DNA of 63,465 nt, counting the filler. It is 7 parts of 7 records of this genome, joined end to end, with 100 filler letters (N's around TTAATTAATTAA, not from the genome) between each part and the next. Parts side by side here need not be neighbours in the genome. Positions count along the whole stretch, not along the records: positions 14,140 to 21,814 come from SRR2962707_3725; positions 21,915 to 32,249 come from SRR2962707_3726; 5 more parts are not named here. One strand, given 5' to 3'. Of the stretch, positions 19,841 through 31,541 are shown piece by piece; position 1 is the first letter of the stretch; each line of letters begins with the position of its first letter. The notes below the pieces were generated by a model. That model saw only the letters and a list, made by a program, of their open reading frames with translations. It searched no databases and was not told the origin of the DNA. A program made the translations under genes and the position numbers.

Positions 19841-21814
19841 ATGTACCTCATATTTGATACTGAAACCACCGGACTACCTCATAATAAAACCGCACCTGTA
19901 GAGGACCTGGACAATTGGCCCAGGCTGGTTCAAATAGCCTGGCAATTGCATGACCATTCGGGAAAATTGCTCTCCACAGGCAACCACATTATTAAGCCGG
20001 AAGGTTTTACCATTCCCTTCAATGCAGAGAAAATCCATGGTATTTCCACGCAAAGAGCATTAGAAGTGGGTGAAGATTTATCTGAAGTGCTTGATAAGTT
20101 TTCTGAGGATGTACAGCGTGCCGAGGTACTTGTCGGCCACAACATCGAGTTTGATAATAAGATCATTGGTGCTGAATACCTGCGAACAGAGAAGGAAAAC
20201 CTTCTTGCTGATGCCAAAAATATTGACACGGCAGAAGACACCAAGGAGTTTTGTCAACTCCAGGGAGGACCCGGAGGTCGCCTCAAGTCTCCACGACTCA
20301 TCGAGCTTTACGAAAAGTTATTTGGCGAGCCATTCGCGGATGCACATGATGCTGCCTATGATGTAGATGCTACCGCAAAAGCATTTTTTGAATGCCTGAG
20401 GCGTTCCATTATCCCTACGATCGATGATACCGATCCGAATGATATCAGTTATGAAAGTCCGGATTTGGATGACGCCAATTTTGCCACCAAAAGAGAAAGG
20501 TCTTCGGGTAAAATCGGAACGGAGGAAGTAAAGGCTGAGGATATCAAAGGTGCGTTTTGTCACCTTCACGGGCATTCCCAATTTTCGGTTCTGCAAGCAA
20601 CTCCTGATGTTGGAGCGATTATAGCTAAAGCGAAATCCTATGATATGCCGGCCGTGGCAATGACCGATCTGGGAAATATGTTTGGCGCATTCAAGTTTGT
20701 AAAAGCGGCAAAAGGGGCTGGCATTAAACCCATTATTGGATGTGAATTCTATGTTGCTGAAGAAAGACTCAAACTTCAATTTACCAAAGACAATCCGGAC
20801 AAAAGATTCAAGCAGCTGCTGCTGGCAAAAACTAAAAAGGGATATGAAAACCTGATTAAGCTTAGCTCCATTGCATATAAAGAAGGTAACTACGGACTTT
20901 ATCCTCGAATAGACAAAGCCCTGATCGAAGAATACAAAGAAGATCTCATTGCTCTGAGTGGAAGTCTTGGTGGCGAAATCCCACATTTAGCGCTGAATGT
21001 AGGTGAAACGCAGGCTGAAGAAGCGGTGCTCTACTGGAAAAACTTGTTTGGAGATGATTTTTATCTTGAAATCAACCGGCACGGTTTAGAGGAAGAAAAC
21101 AGACTAAATGAAATCCTTGTGGATTTTTCTCAAAAGCACAACATTAAACTGGTTGCCGCTAATGAATATTTTTACCTGGATAAAGAGGATGCTAAAGCGC
21201 ACGATGTGCTGATTTGCATCAAGGAGAATGAAAAGCAGAGTACTCCTATCGGGAGAGGTCGGGGTTTCCGTCCCGGTCTACCAAACGACAACTACTACTT
21301 CAAGACACAACAGGAAATGAAAGAATCCTTCGGAGACATTCCGGAGGCCATAGAAAACATTTCAGAGCTAGTTGACAAAATAGAAGAGTACAGCCTGGAG
21401 CGAGATGTATTACTTCCTGCATTTGGCATTCCGGAAGAGTTCATAAATCCTGAAGATGAAAAAGATGGAGGAAAACGAGGGGAAAATGCCTACCTCAGAC
21501 ATCTTACTTATCATGGTGCAGAAAAACGATATGAAGAGATCACCGATGAGATTCGAGAACGTATAGATTTCGAGCTGGAAACGATAGCCAATACCGGCTA
21601 TCCCGGTTACTTCCTGATTGTACAGGATTTTACAGCAAAAGCCAGGGAGATGGGTGTTGCCGTGGGCCCGGGACGTGGTTCGGCAGCCGGATCAGTGGTT
21701 GCCTATTGCATTGGCATCACCAATGTAGATCCGATTGCGTATGATCTCCTTTTTGAGCGTTTTCTGAATCCGGATCGGGTATCTCTCCCCGATATTGATA
21801 TTGACTTTGATAAT
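19841..21814 (+). CDS. dnaE: DNA polymerase III alpha subunit with N-terminal DEDDh 3'-5' exonuclease, 3' truncated
   Basis: Exo motifs [24 protein letters not shown] domain [58 protein letters not shown]. Confidence 0.96.
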
Positions 21815-21914
21815 NNNNNNNNNNNNNNNNNNNNNNNNNNNNNNNNNNNNNNNNNNNNTTAATTAATTAANNNNNNNNNNNNNNNNNNNNNNNNNNNNNN
21901 NNNNNNNNNNNNNN
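21815..21914. other. Artificial contig-joining spacer 2
   Basis: N-run + TTAATTAATTAA + N-run. Confidence 0.98.
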
Positions 21915-21915
21915 C

Positions 21916-23061
21916 CAGTTCGGCACCGGTGTGTCCAACCTCAATGATGTTGCGACTAAGGTGAAAGAAGACCTGGGCTTCACGCTGGAAATGACCGCGC
22001 TTGATACCGACAGTGTGACTCAGCGTGCTGCGACTCAGCCCAACAGCTTTGACATTGCCGACATCGAGTATTTCATCTGTAAAAAGGTCTGGGCTGCGGG
22101 CAACCTGCAGGCGATGGATACCTCTAAGATCGACAATTACGACAAGATCGCCGGCACCTTCCGCAGCGGTCTGTTGACACCTGAAAGCACAATCGCCCAA
22201 GGCACCGCGCCGCATACGGTCGGCTTTACTTCGGGTCCGAACGGTACGGATTTTGTACAGGAAGAATCCGGTTGGATGACCCTGATCCCAACGATCTACA
22301 ACGCCGATACGTTGGGTATCCGGCCTGATCTGATTGGTCGCCCGATCAAAAATTGGTCCGAGTTGCTGAACCCCGAGTTCAAAGGCAAGGCCAGCATCCT
22401 CGACATCTCGTCCATCGGGATCATGGACATGGCACTCGTCGTGGAATCCATGGGGGAATACACTTACCCAGACAAAGGCAACATGACCAAGGAAGAGATT
22501 GATCTGACCCTGGGCATCTTTACAGAAGCCAAAAAGAACGGTCAGTTCCGGGCATTCTGGAAGTCGTTTGACGAAAGCGTCAACCTGATGGCGTCGGGCG
22601 AAGTTGTGATCCAATCCATGTGGTCGCCTGCAATCACCGCGGTGCGCAGCCAGGGTATTCCATGTGTCTATCAGCCATTGGAAGAGGGCTATCGCTCTTG
22701 GGGTGGCGGTCTTGGAATCTCGGCCGCATTGTCCGGTCTCGAGCTGGAAGCCGCCTATGAATACATCAACTGGTACCTCAGCGGCTGGGTCGGCGGCTAT
22801 CTGATGCGTCAGGGCTATTACTCGGCGGTTCCAGACACGTCCAAAGAGTTCATGTCCGCGGATGAATGGGGATACTGGTACGAAGGCAAAGAGTCGGTCG
22901 GCGACATCGTGTCCCCAACCGGAGCAAAGCTTGCCGGACCGGGCGAAGTTCGTGACGGCGGATCGTTCCTCGACCGCATGGGTTCGGTGGTCTGCTGGAA
23001 CTCTGTCATGGATGAAAACCAGTACATGGTTCGTAAATGGAACGAGTTCATCGCGGCCTAA
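21916..23061 (+). CDS. ABC transporter substrate-binding protein (PotD/PotF-like family), 5' truncated
   Basis: Open from contig start (QFGTGVSNLN...); PTIYNADTLGIRPDL, LMASGEVVIQSMWSP, EGYRSW, AYEYINWY. Confidence 0.85.
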   Translation, partial: QFGTGVSNLNDVATKVKEDLGFTLEMTALDTDSVTQRAATQPNSFDIADIEYFICKKVWAAGNLQAMDTSKIDNYDKIAGTFRSGLLTPESTIAQGTAPHTVGFTSGPNGTDFVQEESGWMTLIPTIYNADTLGIRPDLIGRPIKNWSELLNPEFKGKASILDISSIGIMDMALVVESMGEYTYPDKGNMTKEEIDLTLGIFTEAKKNGQFRAFWKSFDESVNLMASGEVVIQSMWSPAITAVRSQGIPCVYQPLEEGYRSWGGGLGISAALSGLELEAAYEYINWYLSGWVGGYLMRQGYYSAVPDTSKEFMSADEWGYWYEGKESVGDIVSPTGAKLAGPGEVRDGGSFLDRMGSVVCWNSVMDENQYMVRKWNEFIAA

Positions 23062-23070
23062 TGTGATCTG

Positions 23071-23098
23071 GGTTGCGCAGCACAGAAGCTGCGCAACC
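23071..23098 (+). repeat. Perfect 11-bp stem hairpin after the substrate-binding gene (probable mRNA stabiliser)
   Basis: GGTTGCGCAGC-ACAGAA-GCTGCGCAACC, no U-tract. Confidence 0.65.
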
Positions 23099-23121
23099 TA
23101 CCCAATTGTACTTGGAATATC

Positions 23122-23985
23122 ATGAAAAAAATTCGCGCAAATAACGCTCTGACGGGCTGGTTGATGGTCTCACCACTGGCGCTTGTCTTGCTGGTCTTCC
23201 TGATGGCTCCAATTGTTATGATCACCATCGTCAGCTTTTGGCGCGCAACTGAATTCTCAATCATTCCGGCCTTCGTTTGGGAAAACTACGAGTTTCTATT
23301 TGGATCACCCGTGACGTACCGCGTGTTCTTCAACACGTTCAAATACGCGTTGATCACTTGGGCGTTCACATTTTCCATCGGGTTTACCGTCGCCTATTAC
23401 CTTGCCTTTCATATTCGCACGCAGACGTGGCAAATTGCGCTTTTCCTGCTGTGCACGATCCCATTCTGGACCAGCAACATCATCCGAATGATCAGCTGGA
23501 TTCCCTTTCTTGGCCGCAACGGCATCGCGAATTCAGCGCTGATGTCATGGGGAGTTATAGATGAGCCGGTAGAATGGCTGCTGTTCAGTGACTTCGCCGT
23601 CATCTTAGCCTTTGTGCATCTTTACACGCTGTTCATGGTTGTTCCGATTTTCAACACCATGATGCGCATCGACAAATCGCTGATCGAAGCCGCACGGGAC
23701 GGCGGCGCAAACGGGCTGCAAATCCTGTGGAATGTCATCCTGCCGCTCACCAAGCCCGGCATCATGATCGGGACAATCTTTGTCGTCACCTTGGTGATGG
23801 GCGACTTCATCACGGTGCGCTTTATGTCTGGAAGCCAGTCCGCCAATGTTGGACGACTGATCTCTAACGACATCGCGCTTCTGCAGTACCCTTCTGCCTC
23901 GGCAACAGCAATTATCCTACTAATAACGGTCTTGATGGTCATCGGTATCATGCTGCGATTTGTCGATATCCGGAAGGAGCTTTGA
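23122..23985 (+). CDS. ABC transporter permease (PotB-like)
   Basis: IPFWTSNIIR, EAA motif IDKSLIEAARDGGA. Confidence 0.9.
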   Translation: MKKIRANNALTGWLMVSPLALVLLVFLMAPIVMITIVSFWRATEFSIIPAFVWENYEFLFGSPVTYRVFFNTFKYALITWAFTFSIGFTVAYYLAFHIRTQTWQIALFLLCTIPFWTSNIIRMISWIPFLGRNGIANSALMSWGVIDEPVEWLLFSDFAVILAFVHLYTLFMVVPIFNTMMRIDKSLIEAARDGGANGLQILWNVILPLTKPGIMIGTIFVVTLVMGDFITVRFMSGSQSANVGRLISNDIALLQYPSASATAIILLITVLMVIGIMLRFVDIRKEL

Positions 23986-23987
23986 TC

Positions 23988-24086
23988 ATGGCGGTTTTGT
24001 CAGGCCCCCTTCGCAGCTTTGGCCACGCGTTCAGCCCTAGCGACGCGAACGCAGTCGGGTATTTCACCAAAAAGGATATGTTCTAA
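23988..24086 (+). CDS. Possible 32-aa small ORF / decayed repeat element between the permeases
   Basis: ATG 23988 preceded by AAGGAG; MAVLSGPLRSFGHAFSPSDANAVGYFTKKDMF; its TAA overlaps the next ATG (TAATG). Confidence 0.35.
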   Translation: MAVLSGPLRSFGHAFSPSDANAVGYFTKKDMF

Positions 24087-24925
24087 TGGAACCGCGCCCC
24101 CGTTCTTTCTATATCCTCACAGGCTTTTTCGCCCTCTTCCTGCTGTTTCTTTATGGCCCTACAATCACAATTGGCATTCTGTCCTTCCAAGGTGAAGGCG
24201 GCGGTCTGACATTCCCGATGCGGGGCGTTTCGACCTATTGGTTCCGGGATCTGTTTGAACAACAGGCCGTGGGCGACATCTGGGGCAGTTTCCGCCGCAG
24301 TTTTGTCTTAGGTCTGATGGTCATGGTCACAACCGTTGTTGTGTCCGTCATGGGTGGGTTGGCCTTTCGCAAACGCTTTCCGGGATCGACGGTACTGTTC
24401 TACCTGATCATCACGTCCCTTGTGATCCCGTCCATTCTGATCTCCCTCGGTGTTGGCCTCCTGTTTTCGCAATCCGGGCTGAACGTCCATTGGTCGACAT
24501 CCGGTTTTGGCGCGCAACTGACCTGGACCCTGCCCTTTGGACTGCTGATCATGTTCGCCGTTTTTAATCGGTTCGACAAAAGCTATGAAGAAGCGGCCCG
24601 CGACCAAGGCGCAACATCGTGGCAAACCCTGCGCTACGTCGTGTTACCCATCATTGCCCCGTCGTTGATTGGGGTCGCCTTGTTTGGCTTTACGCTTAGC
24701 TACGATGAATTCGCGCGGACATTGTTGACGGCAGGAAGCTACAACACCCTGCCATTGGAAATTTACGGGATGACCACCAACGTGACATCTCCGGTTCTTT
24801 ATGCCCTTGGCACCCTGACGACGGTCTTTTCCTTGTTGATCATCGGTGTATTTCTGGCCCTCGCTCTACTTGGAAACCGCAAACGTGCCAAAGCGGGAAC
24901 AGATGCCGGCAAAGGCATGGTATGA
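24086..24925 (+). CDS. ABC transporter permease (PotC-like)
   Basis: LTFPMRGVS, EAA motif FDKSYEEAARDQGA, FTLSYDEF. Confidence 0.9.
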   Translation: MEPRPRSFYILTGFFALFLLFLYGPTITIGILSFQGEGGGLTFPMRGVSTYWFRDLFEQQAVGDIWGSFRRSFVLGLMVMVTTVVVSVMGGLAFRKRFPGSTVLFYLIITSLVIPSILISLGVGLLFSQSGLNVHWSTSGFGAQLTWTLPFGLLIMFAVFNRFDKSYEEAARDQGATSWQTLRYVVLPIIAPSLIGVALFGFTLSYDEFARTLLTAGSYNTLPLEIYGMTTNVTSPVLYALGTLTTVFSLLIIGVFLALALLGNRKRAKAGTDAGKGMV

Positions 24926-25560
24926 TCGTCATCATTAATCCCAACAGTACCGAAGCCATGACCTCTGCAATGTTAACAACCGCCCAAAAGGCGGTACCTG
25001 ACATGCAGATCGAGGCTTGGACCTCACATAAAGGTCCGCCCGCCATTCAAGGGCCTGAGGATGGAGAAGCCAGCATTCCTCCGCTCTTGGAGCTGGTTCA
25101 AAAAGCCTCCGATTCCGGTGCTAAAGTGATCATCATCGGCTGTTTTGACGATACCGGGCTGGTTGAGGCGCGCAAAATCGCCGCCTGCCCCGTTATTGGG
25201 ATCGGTCAGGCAGCTTATCACATGGCAGCACTGGCCGGGGAAACCTTCTCGGTGGTTACGACCTTGTCGGTATCCGTACCCATTCTCGAAGCCAATATTC
25301 GCGCCTACGGACTGTCTGCGCAACTGGCGCGGGTCCGGGCAAGCGGTGTCCCGGTCTTGGATCTCGAGACAAGCCCCGACACCGCCAACCCGATTGTCAT
25401 CGCTGAGATTCAACGCGCGGCGTCCGAAGATGCGGTGCAAACGGTGGTTCTAGGATGTGCTGGCATGGTCGACATTCCCGCAGCCGTCGGTTCGTCGAGC
25501 CCGATCCGGTTGATTGATGGCGTCAAAGCCGCTGTTCAGATCGGACAGTGCTTGTCATGA
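24922..25560 (+). CDS. Asp/Glu/hydantoin racemase family protein (hydantoin/allantoin racemase-like)
   Basis: IINPNST start; two catalytic Cys motifs IIGCFDDTGL and VLGCAGM. Confidence 0.88.
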   Translation: MIVIINPNSTEAMTSAMLTTAQKAVPDMQIEAWTSHKGPPAIQGPEDGEASIPPLLELVQKASDSGAKVIIIGCFDDTGLVEARKIAACPVIGIGQAAYHMAALAGETFSVVTTLSVSVPILEANIRAYGLSAQLARVRASGVPVLDLETSPDTANPIVIAEIQRAASEDAVQTVVLGCAGMVDIPAAVGSSSPIRLIDGVKAAVQIGQCLS

Positions 25561-25976
25561 ACAATGACCCGACACAAAACGCCAAACAGATCGTCGAAGC
25601 CTATCTGGAACGCTCGATGGTGCCCGATCCCGAGGGGGCAAAGAAATATCTGGCCCCAGATGTGAAAATCATTTTCACCGGTGGTCGTCAGTTTTCGGCA
25701 GCATCCGAAACTGCCGGGTTTAATGCCAAACGCTACGCTTGGGTGAAGAAGCGAATTCTGCGAACGGACGCCGTTCAATGCCCAGAAACAGGCGCGGTTT
25801 TCGTTTACAATACCGGGTATCTCTATGGCGCTTGGCCGGACGGCACCGCCTTTGATGGCAATCGCTACATGGACAGTTTTGTTGTGATCGAGGGCAAGAT
25901 CAAAGAGACGCATGTCTGGAACGACAGTGCCGAGATTTTGCTGGATCGCGCAGGTTTGGCCGAGGCCCCGCTGTGA
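25557..25976 (+). CDS. SnoaL/NTF2-like fold protein
   Basis: ATG 25557 overlaps the racemase stop; IVEAYL..., GYLYGAWPDGTAFDGNRYMDSFVV.EGKI...HVWNDS. Confidence 0.75.
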   Translation: MNNDPTQNAKQIVEAYLERSMVPDPEGAKKYLAPDVKIIFTGGRQFSAASETAGFNAKRYAWVKKRILRTDAVQCPETGAVFVYNTGYLYGAWPDGTAFDGNRYMDSFVVIEGKIKETHVWNDSAEILLDRAGLAEAPL

Positions 25977-26863
25977 CCCTCCCCCATCATGATCGCTACG
26001 ATTACCGCGGGATCAACAACCGACCTGATTTCATCTGGCCAAATGGAAAACGTCTTACGGTCTATGTCGCGATCAATCTGGAGCATTTTGCTTTCGGAGA
26101 AGGCTTGGGCGCAGAGCTGGCCCCCGGCGGCCCTCAACCCGATGTGCTGAACTACGCTTGGCGGGACTATGGCAACAGAGTTGGCGCATGGCGGCTTTTG
26201 AAGCTGTTGGATCAGCTGGATATGCCAGCAACGGTACTACTGAATTCCGAAATGTATCAATATGCTCCGGATCTTGTCGCCGCCCACCGTGCACGCGGCG
26301 ATGAAATTGCCGGGCATGGGCGCACCAACGCAGAACGTCAAAGCGACATGACGCCTGAAGATGAACGCGACATGATCAAAGAGGCAACGCATCTCATTGC
26401 GCAGAACGAAGGCCATCCTCCGTCTGGATGGTTGAGCCCATGGATTTCTGAAAGTCCTCAGACCCCAGATATGCTGAAGGCCGCAGGATATAAGTACAAT
26501 TTGAACTGGTGCATGGATGACCAACCTGACTGGATGCGCACATCCTCTGGACCGTTGCTGTCGGTTCCATACCCGCAAGAGGTCAACGATATTCCCGCTA
26601 TTGTGGCGCGTAGGGACACTGGTCGCGACTTTGCCGACATGATCATCGACAATTTTGACGAAATGAGGGAGCAATCCTCAGACCAATCCTTGGTTATGGG
26701 AATTGCGCTGCACCCCTATATTGTCGGGCAGCCTTTTCGACTGCGTCACCTGCGCAGAGCCTTGTCCCACATCGCAGACCATCGCGAAGATATCTGGCTC
26801 ACACGGGCAGAGAATATTTCCGAGAGCTATCGTCGGGCCGTCCCTCCTCCCGAGGTGGTCTGA
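25973..26863 (+). CDS. Polysaccharide deacetylase (CE4) family, PuuE/allantoinase-like amidohydrolase
   Basis: WPNGKRL.VYVAINLEHF, DYGNRVGAWRL, EIAGHG, GWLSPW, LHPYIVGQPFR. Confidence 0.82.
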   Translation: MTLPHHDRYDYRGINNRPDFIWPNGKRLTVYVAINLEHFAFGEGLGAELAPGGPQPDVLNYAWRDYGNRVGAWRLLKLLDQLDMPATVLLNSEMYQYAPDLVAAHRARGDEIAGHGRTNAERQSDMTPEDERDMIKEATHLIAQNEGHPPSGWLSPWISESPQTPDMLKAAGYKYNLNWCMDDQPDWMRTSSGPLLSVPYPQEVNDIPAIVARRDTGRDFADMIIDNFDEMREQSSDQSLVMGIALHPYIVGQPFRLRHLRRALSHIADHREDIWLTRAENISESYRRAVPPPEVV

Positions 26864-26986
26864 TCGAAGTTGAAAAATGCTCTTCGCTTTGATGAAGCGG
26901 ATCAAAAACATATGGCACGTACATAGAAAAGCTGGATGTCAGAACGCTGTGGGAGCAACTAAGTTTTACCCGGCGCATCCAACGAC

Positions 26987-27018
26987 AAAACGCCGCCACC
27001 AAGGAAATGGTGACGGCG
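26987..27018 (-). terminator. Intrinsic terminator of the aldehyde dehydrogenase gene
   Basis: Minus strand CGCCGTCACCA-TTTCCT-TGGTGGCGGCG-TTTT. Confidence 0.7.
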
Positions 27019-27048
27019 CCAGATTTGCTGATCTAAGATTTATAAATC

Positions 27049-28569
<1,521 letters not shown>

Positions 28570-28676
28570 TGTGGGTTCCTCCTGATTGCACCAAGCCCTC
28601 CGCCCGGCGACTGTGAATGATAGATGTCGAAAATTGCTCTCTTGTCTGCGTGTCGAAATTGAATCTCGGCTGGATG

Positions 28677-28694
28677 TGTCTCAGGACTGAGACA
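28677..28694. promoter_or_regulatory. Perfect palindromic operator upstream of aldB
   Basis: TGTCTCA-GGAC-TGAGACA. Confidence 0.7.
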
Positions 28695-28701
28695 ACCGGG
28701 C

Positions 28702-29661
28702 CTAAGTTTCGCCAAGCCCCAATCGTTTTATTCTTCGATAGAGTGTTGCGCGCCCAATCCCGAGCTGGCGGGCCGCTTGGGAAACATTGCCCTGTGCGCG
28801 GGCCAACGCCCGCACAACAGCCGCGCGTTCGGCCTTTTCAAACCCGGTCGGACCGTCTTCGCGCCCCAAGATGTCGGATGCCGGACCAGGTGTAAGCGCC
28901 CCGTTTGCCTCAAGCCGGAACACTCTGCGCGCTTCGCGCGTGGCGCCGATCACAAGGTCGTCCTGATCAATCGCCAAAAGCGTCGCTGCATCCGTGTCGT
29001 CACTTTCGGCTACAATGATGCGGGCAGAGGCATAGGCCATTCGAAAGTTGGCCTCTTCAATCGCGCGGGCGGTCTGGGCTACCTGTGCGGCAATCAAGCG
29101 GTTGAACCCCTCGGTCTGATCAACTCTTGCCGATGAAACGTCCAAGGCCGCAACGATCTGACCATCGGCCCCGTAAATCGGCGCGTCGATGCAGCTCATT
29201 GCTGTATTGCGGGAATAAAAATGTTGATCACGATGGATGATGATTTTGCGCTGCTCTGTCAGGCAGGTGCCAATCCCGTTTGTGCCTTCGCGCGCTTCGC
29301 TCCAATCGGCACCGACACTTAAGCCCCAGTCGTCGAATGCGCCCTTGTCCACCGACGTCAACCGTTGGTCCAGAATGACGCCCTGGGCATCCGTCAAGAA
29401 CACCGCGCAGCCAGACAAGCCGACCAGCTTAAAAAGATTGTCGAGCCGGGGCGCTGCGACCATCATAAACTTTTCCATCGCCGCCAACTTTTGGCAAACC
29501 GTCGCCTGCTCAACCCGTTCAGGCGCGCGTTTTTCATTCGGATCCAATCCAAACTTCAGAACCGACCGCTGCCAGCTGGCTGCCAAACGAGAGCGGGCCG
29601 CAGCAGAGCGCGAATGGGTCGCTTCATAGACTTTTTCAGCGTGGGAAAGTATCTGGGACAC
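28702..29661 (-). CDS. GAF + Fis-HTH transcriptional regulator (AcoR-like, no AAA+ domain)
   Basis: Probable GTG start 29661; SWQRS, GADWSEAREGTNGIGT, C-terminal GNVSQAARQLGIGRATLYRRI; no GAFTGA. Confidence 0.85.
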   Translation of the reverse strand: MSQILSHAEKVYEATHSRSAAARSRLAASWQRSVLKFGLDPNEKRAPERVEQATVCQKLAAMEKFMMVAAPRLDNLFKLVGLSGCAVFLTDAQGVILDQRLTSVDKGAFDDWGLSVGADWSEAREGTNGIGTCLTEQRKIIIHRDQHFYSRNTAMSCIDAPIYGADGQIVAALDVSSARVDQTEGFNRLIAAQVAQTARAIEEANFRMAYASARIIVAESDDTDAATLLAIDQDDLVIGATREARRVFRLEANGALTPGPASDILGREDGPTGFEKAERAAVVRALARAQGNVSQAARQLGIGRATLYRRIKRLGLGET

Positions 29662-29927
29662 GGTATGCTCAATCCTAGTGCGAACTCGAATATCAGTTGC
29701 ATATTTGGGCAAACCCTGCATCCGCGACAAAGGTCGTAAACGCCTTACTCCAACCCACTGAAGCGCACCCATCCATTGCGCAATCCAGCGAAATTATTCA
29801 TACTGTTCAGACCTTAATCAGAGTTTTTCATGTATCTTTTGAACCCCTCGCCCGTTCCAGGTCACGTCCTTGCCCCCGTGCCAAACCGCACGAGTAAGAC
29901 TGCGCCTTTCATTCGAGAAGCGTTGCT

Positions 29928-31154
29928 ATGACGGACGTCTTGGTTCTGGGAGCTGGTCTTGTCGGGATCAGCTCCGCCTTGGCCCTGCAAGCCAAGGGGC
30001 ACGATGTTTGTGTCTTGGACCAACGGGCCCCGGGAGAAGAAACCAGCCACGGGAATGCAGGGGTTATTCAAGCTGAAGCGCGTGAACCCTATGCTATGCC
30101 GCGCGCTCCGACTGAGTTGTTGAACTATGCCTTGGGGCGCGACAACGATGTGCACTATGATTTTTGGGCCTTGCCGGGAATGGCCCGCGTTTTGTGGTCC
30201 TACTTTCGAAACTCTGCACCGGCGCGCCACGCTGCAATTTCGCAAAGCTATGCAAAACTGATCGCGCGCGCCACGCAGGATCATGGCGTGTTGATTGAGC
30301 AAAGCGGGGCAGATGCCCTAATTCGCCGCACCGGGTTGGGCGAAGTGTATGAAAACGAACAAGGCTTCAACTTACGCATCCCCCAAGCCAACGCGCTGCG
30401 GGTCCGCTACGGCATTGAGTTCCGGCCCGTTGATGGTGCAGAGCTTAAGACAATTGAAAAGGCGGTAACAGCCTCGCCTGCGGGGGCCATCCTTTGGGCC
30501 GACAGCTGGAGCACAAAGGATCCCGGTGCGCTGGTCAAAGCCTATGCCACGCTCTTTCAAAAACGGGGCGGGCTAATTGAACAAGCGTCCGTGCAAGATC
30601 TGAGACAGGCTGCAAATGGATGGCAGGTCGACACGGACAAAGGGCAGTTTGAGGCCGGACAAGCCGTCGTTGCCCTTGGCCCCTGGTCCCCAGAAATCCT
30701 AACCCCGCTGGGGTATAGAGTTCCCATGGTCTTAAAGCGCGGTTATCACGGGCATTTCGCGGCAAGGCACACCCTCAGCCGCCCATATTTTCTGGCCGAC
30801 CACGGAGTGGTTCTGTCCTCGATGACACGCGGTCTCAGGGTCACAACCGGTGCGCATCTCACCACAAGGGCCGCGCCACGTGACCTGCGCCAACTGACCA
30901 AGGGACAGGCCGCGGCATCGCGATTTATGGACTTGGGAGAGGCTGTGCCAGATAGCATTTGGCACGGTACGCGCCCCTGCCTGCCCGACATGTTACCGAT
31001 GGTTGGCGCGGCCCCAAAACACAAAGGGCTTTGGTTCAATTTTGGTCATGGTCATCAGGGCTTTACCTTGGGACCGACGACAGGCGCTATCCTTGCTGAG
31101 GTTATGGATGGCCGCGATGATGAGCTGACCCGCGCTTTAAGCCGTCGCAGCTGA
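29928..31154 (+). CDS. FAD-dependent D-amino acid dehydrogenase family oxidoreductase (DadA-like)
   Basis: VLGAGLVG, ETSHGNAG, KRGYH, WHGTRPCLPDMLP, FGHGHQGFTLGP. Confidence 0.85.
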   Translation: MTDVLVLGAGLVGISSALALQAKGHDVCVLDQRAPGEETSHGNAGVIQAEAREPYAMPRAPTELLNYALGRDNDVHYDFWALPGMARVLWSYFRNSAPARHAAISQSYAKLIARATQDHGVLIEQSGADALIRRTGLGEVYENEQGFNLRIPQANALRVRYGIEFRPVDGAELKTIEKAVTASPAGAILWADSWSTKDPGALVKAYATLFQKRGGLIEQASVQDLRQAANGWQVDTDKGQFEAGQAVVALGPWSPEILTPLGYRVPMVLKRGYHGHFAARHTLSRPYFLADHGVVLSSMTRGLRVTTGAHLTTRAAPRDLRQLTKGQAAASRFMDLGEAVPDSIWHGTRPCLPDMLPMVGAAPKHKGLWFNFGHGHQGFTLGPTTGAILAEVMDGRDDELTRALSRRS

Positions 31155-31541
31155 CCTATATTCACGACATCGCCCCTTTCGCGCGACGACTCTATCGAAA
31201 TCTGGCAGGCTGTTTACTACTCGCGTTCGGTGCCCCTTAATCCAACCTGTCGGCGGTCCTCCGGCTCAAATGTGGGTAGGTTGTTTTGGTCTCGATCAAC
31301 TGAATATACCTGCCACACAGGCACCGTAGAACAGGTACAGCCATAAGGCCCGATTGTCGGCATACACCCAAACATCGGATTTTCAGAGCGAAATCAAACG
31401 TACAACTAAAATTGATAATTCCCTAAGGCTCTGTTTTAAATAAACAAAATAACCGGCCTCAAGAACCGAGCTTGACGTAGTACAAATAAGCTTCAGGCTA
31501 CTTCGGATAATAATGACAAAACTGTTCTGGAGGGAAAGATC

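Noticed and set aside
31155..31541. 387-nt intergenic region as a riboswitch or mobile element remnant
   Set aside because: No recognisable riboswitch motif, terminal inverted repeats or convincing ORF by eye
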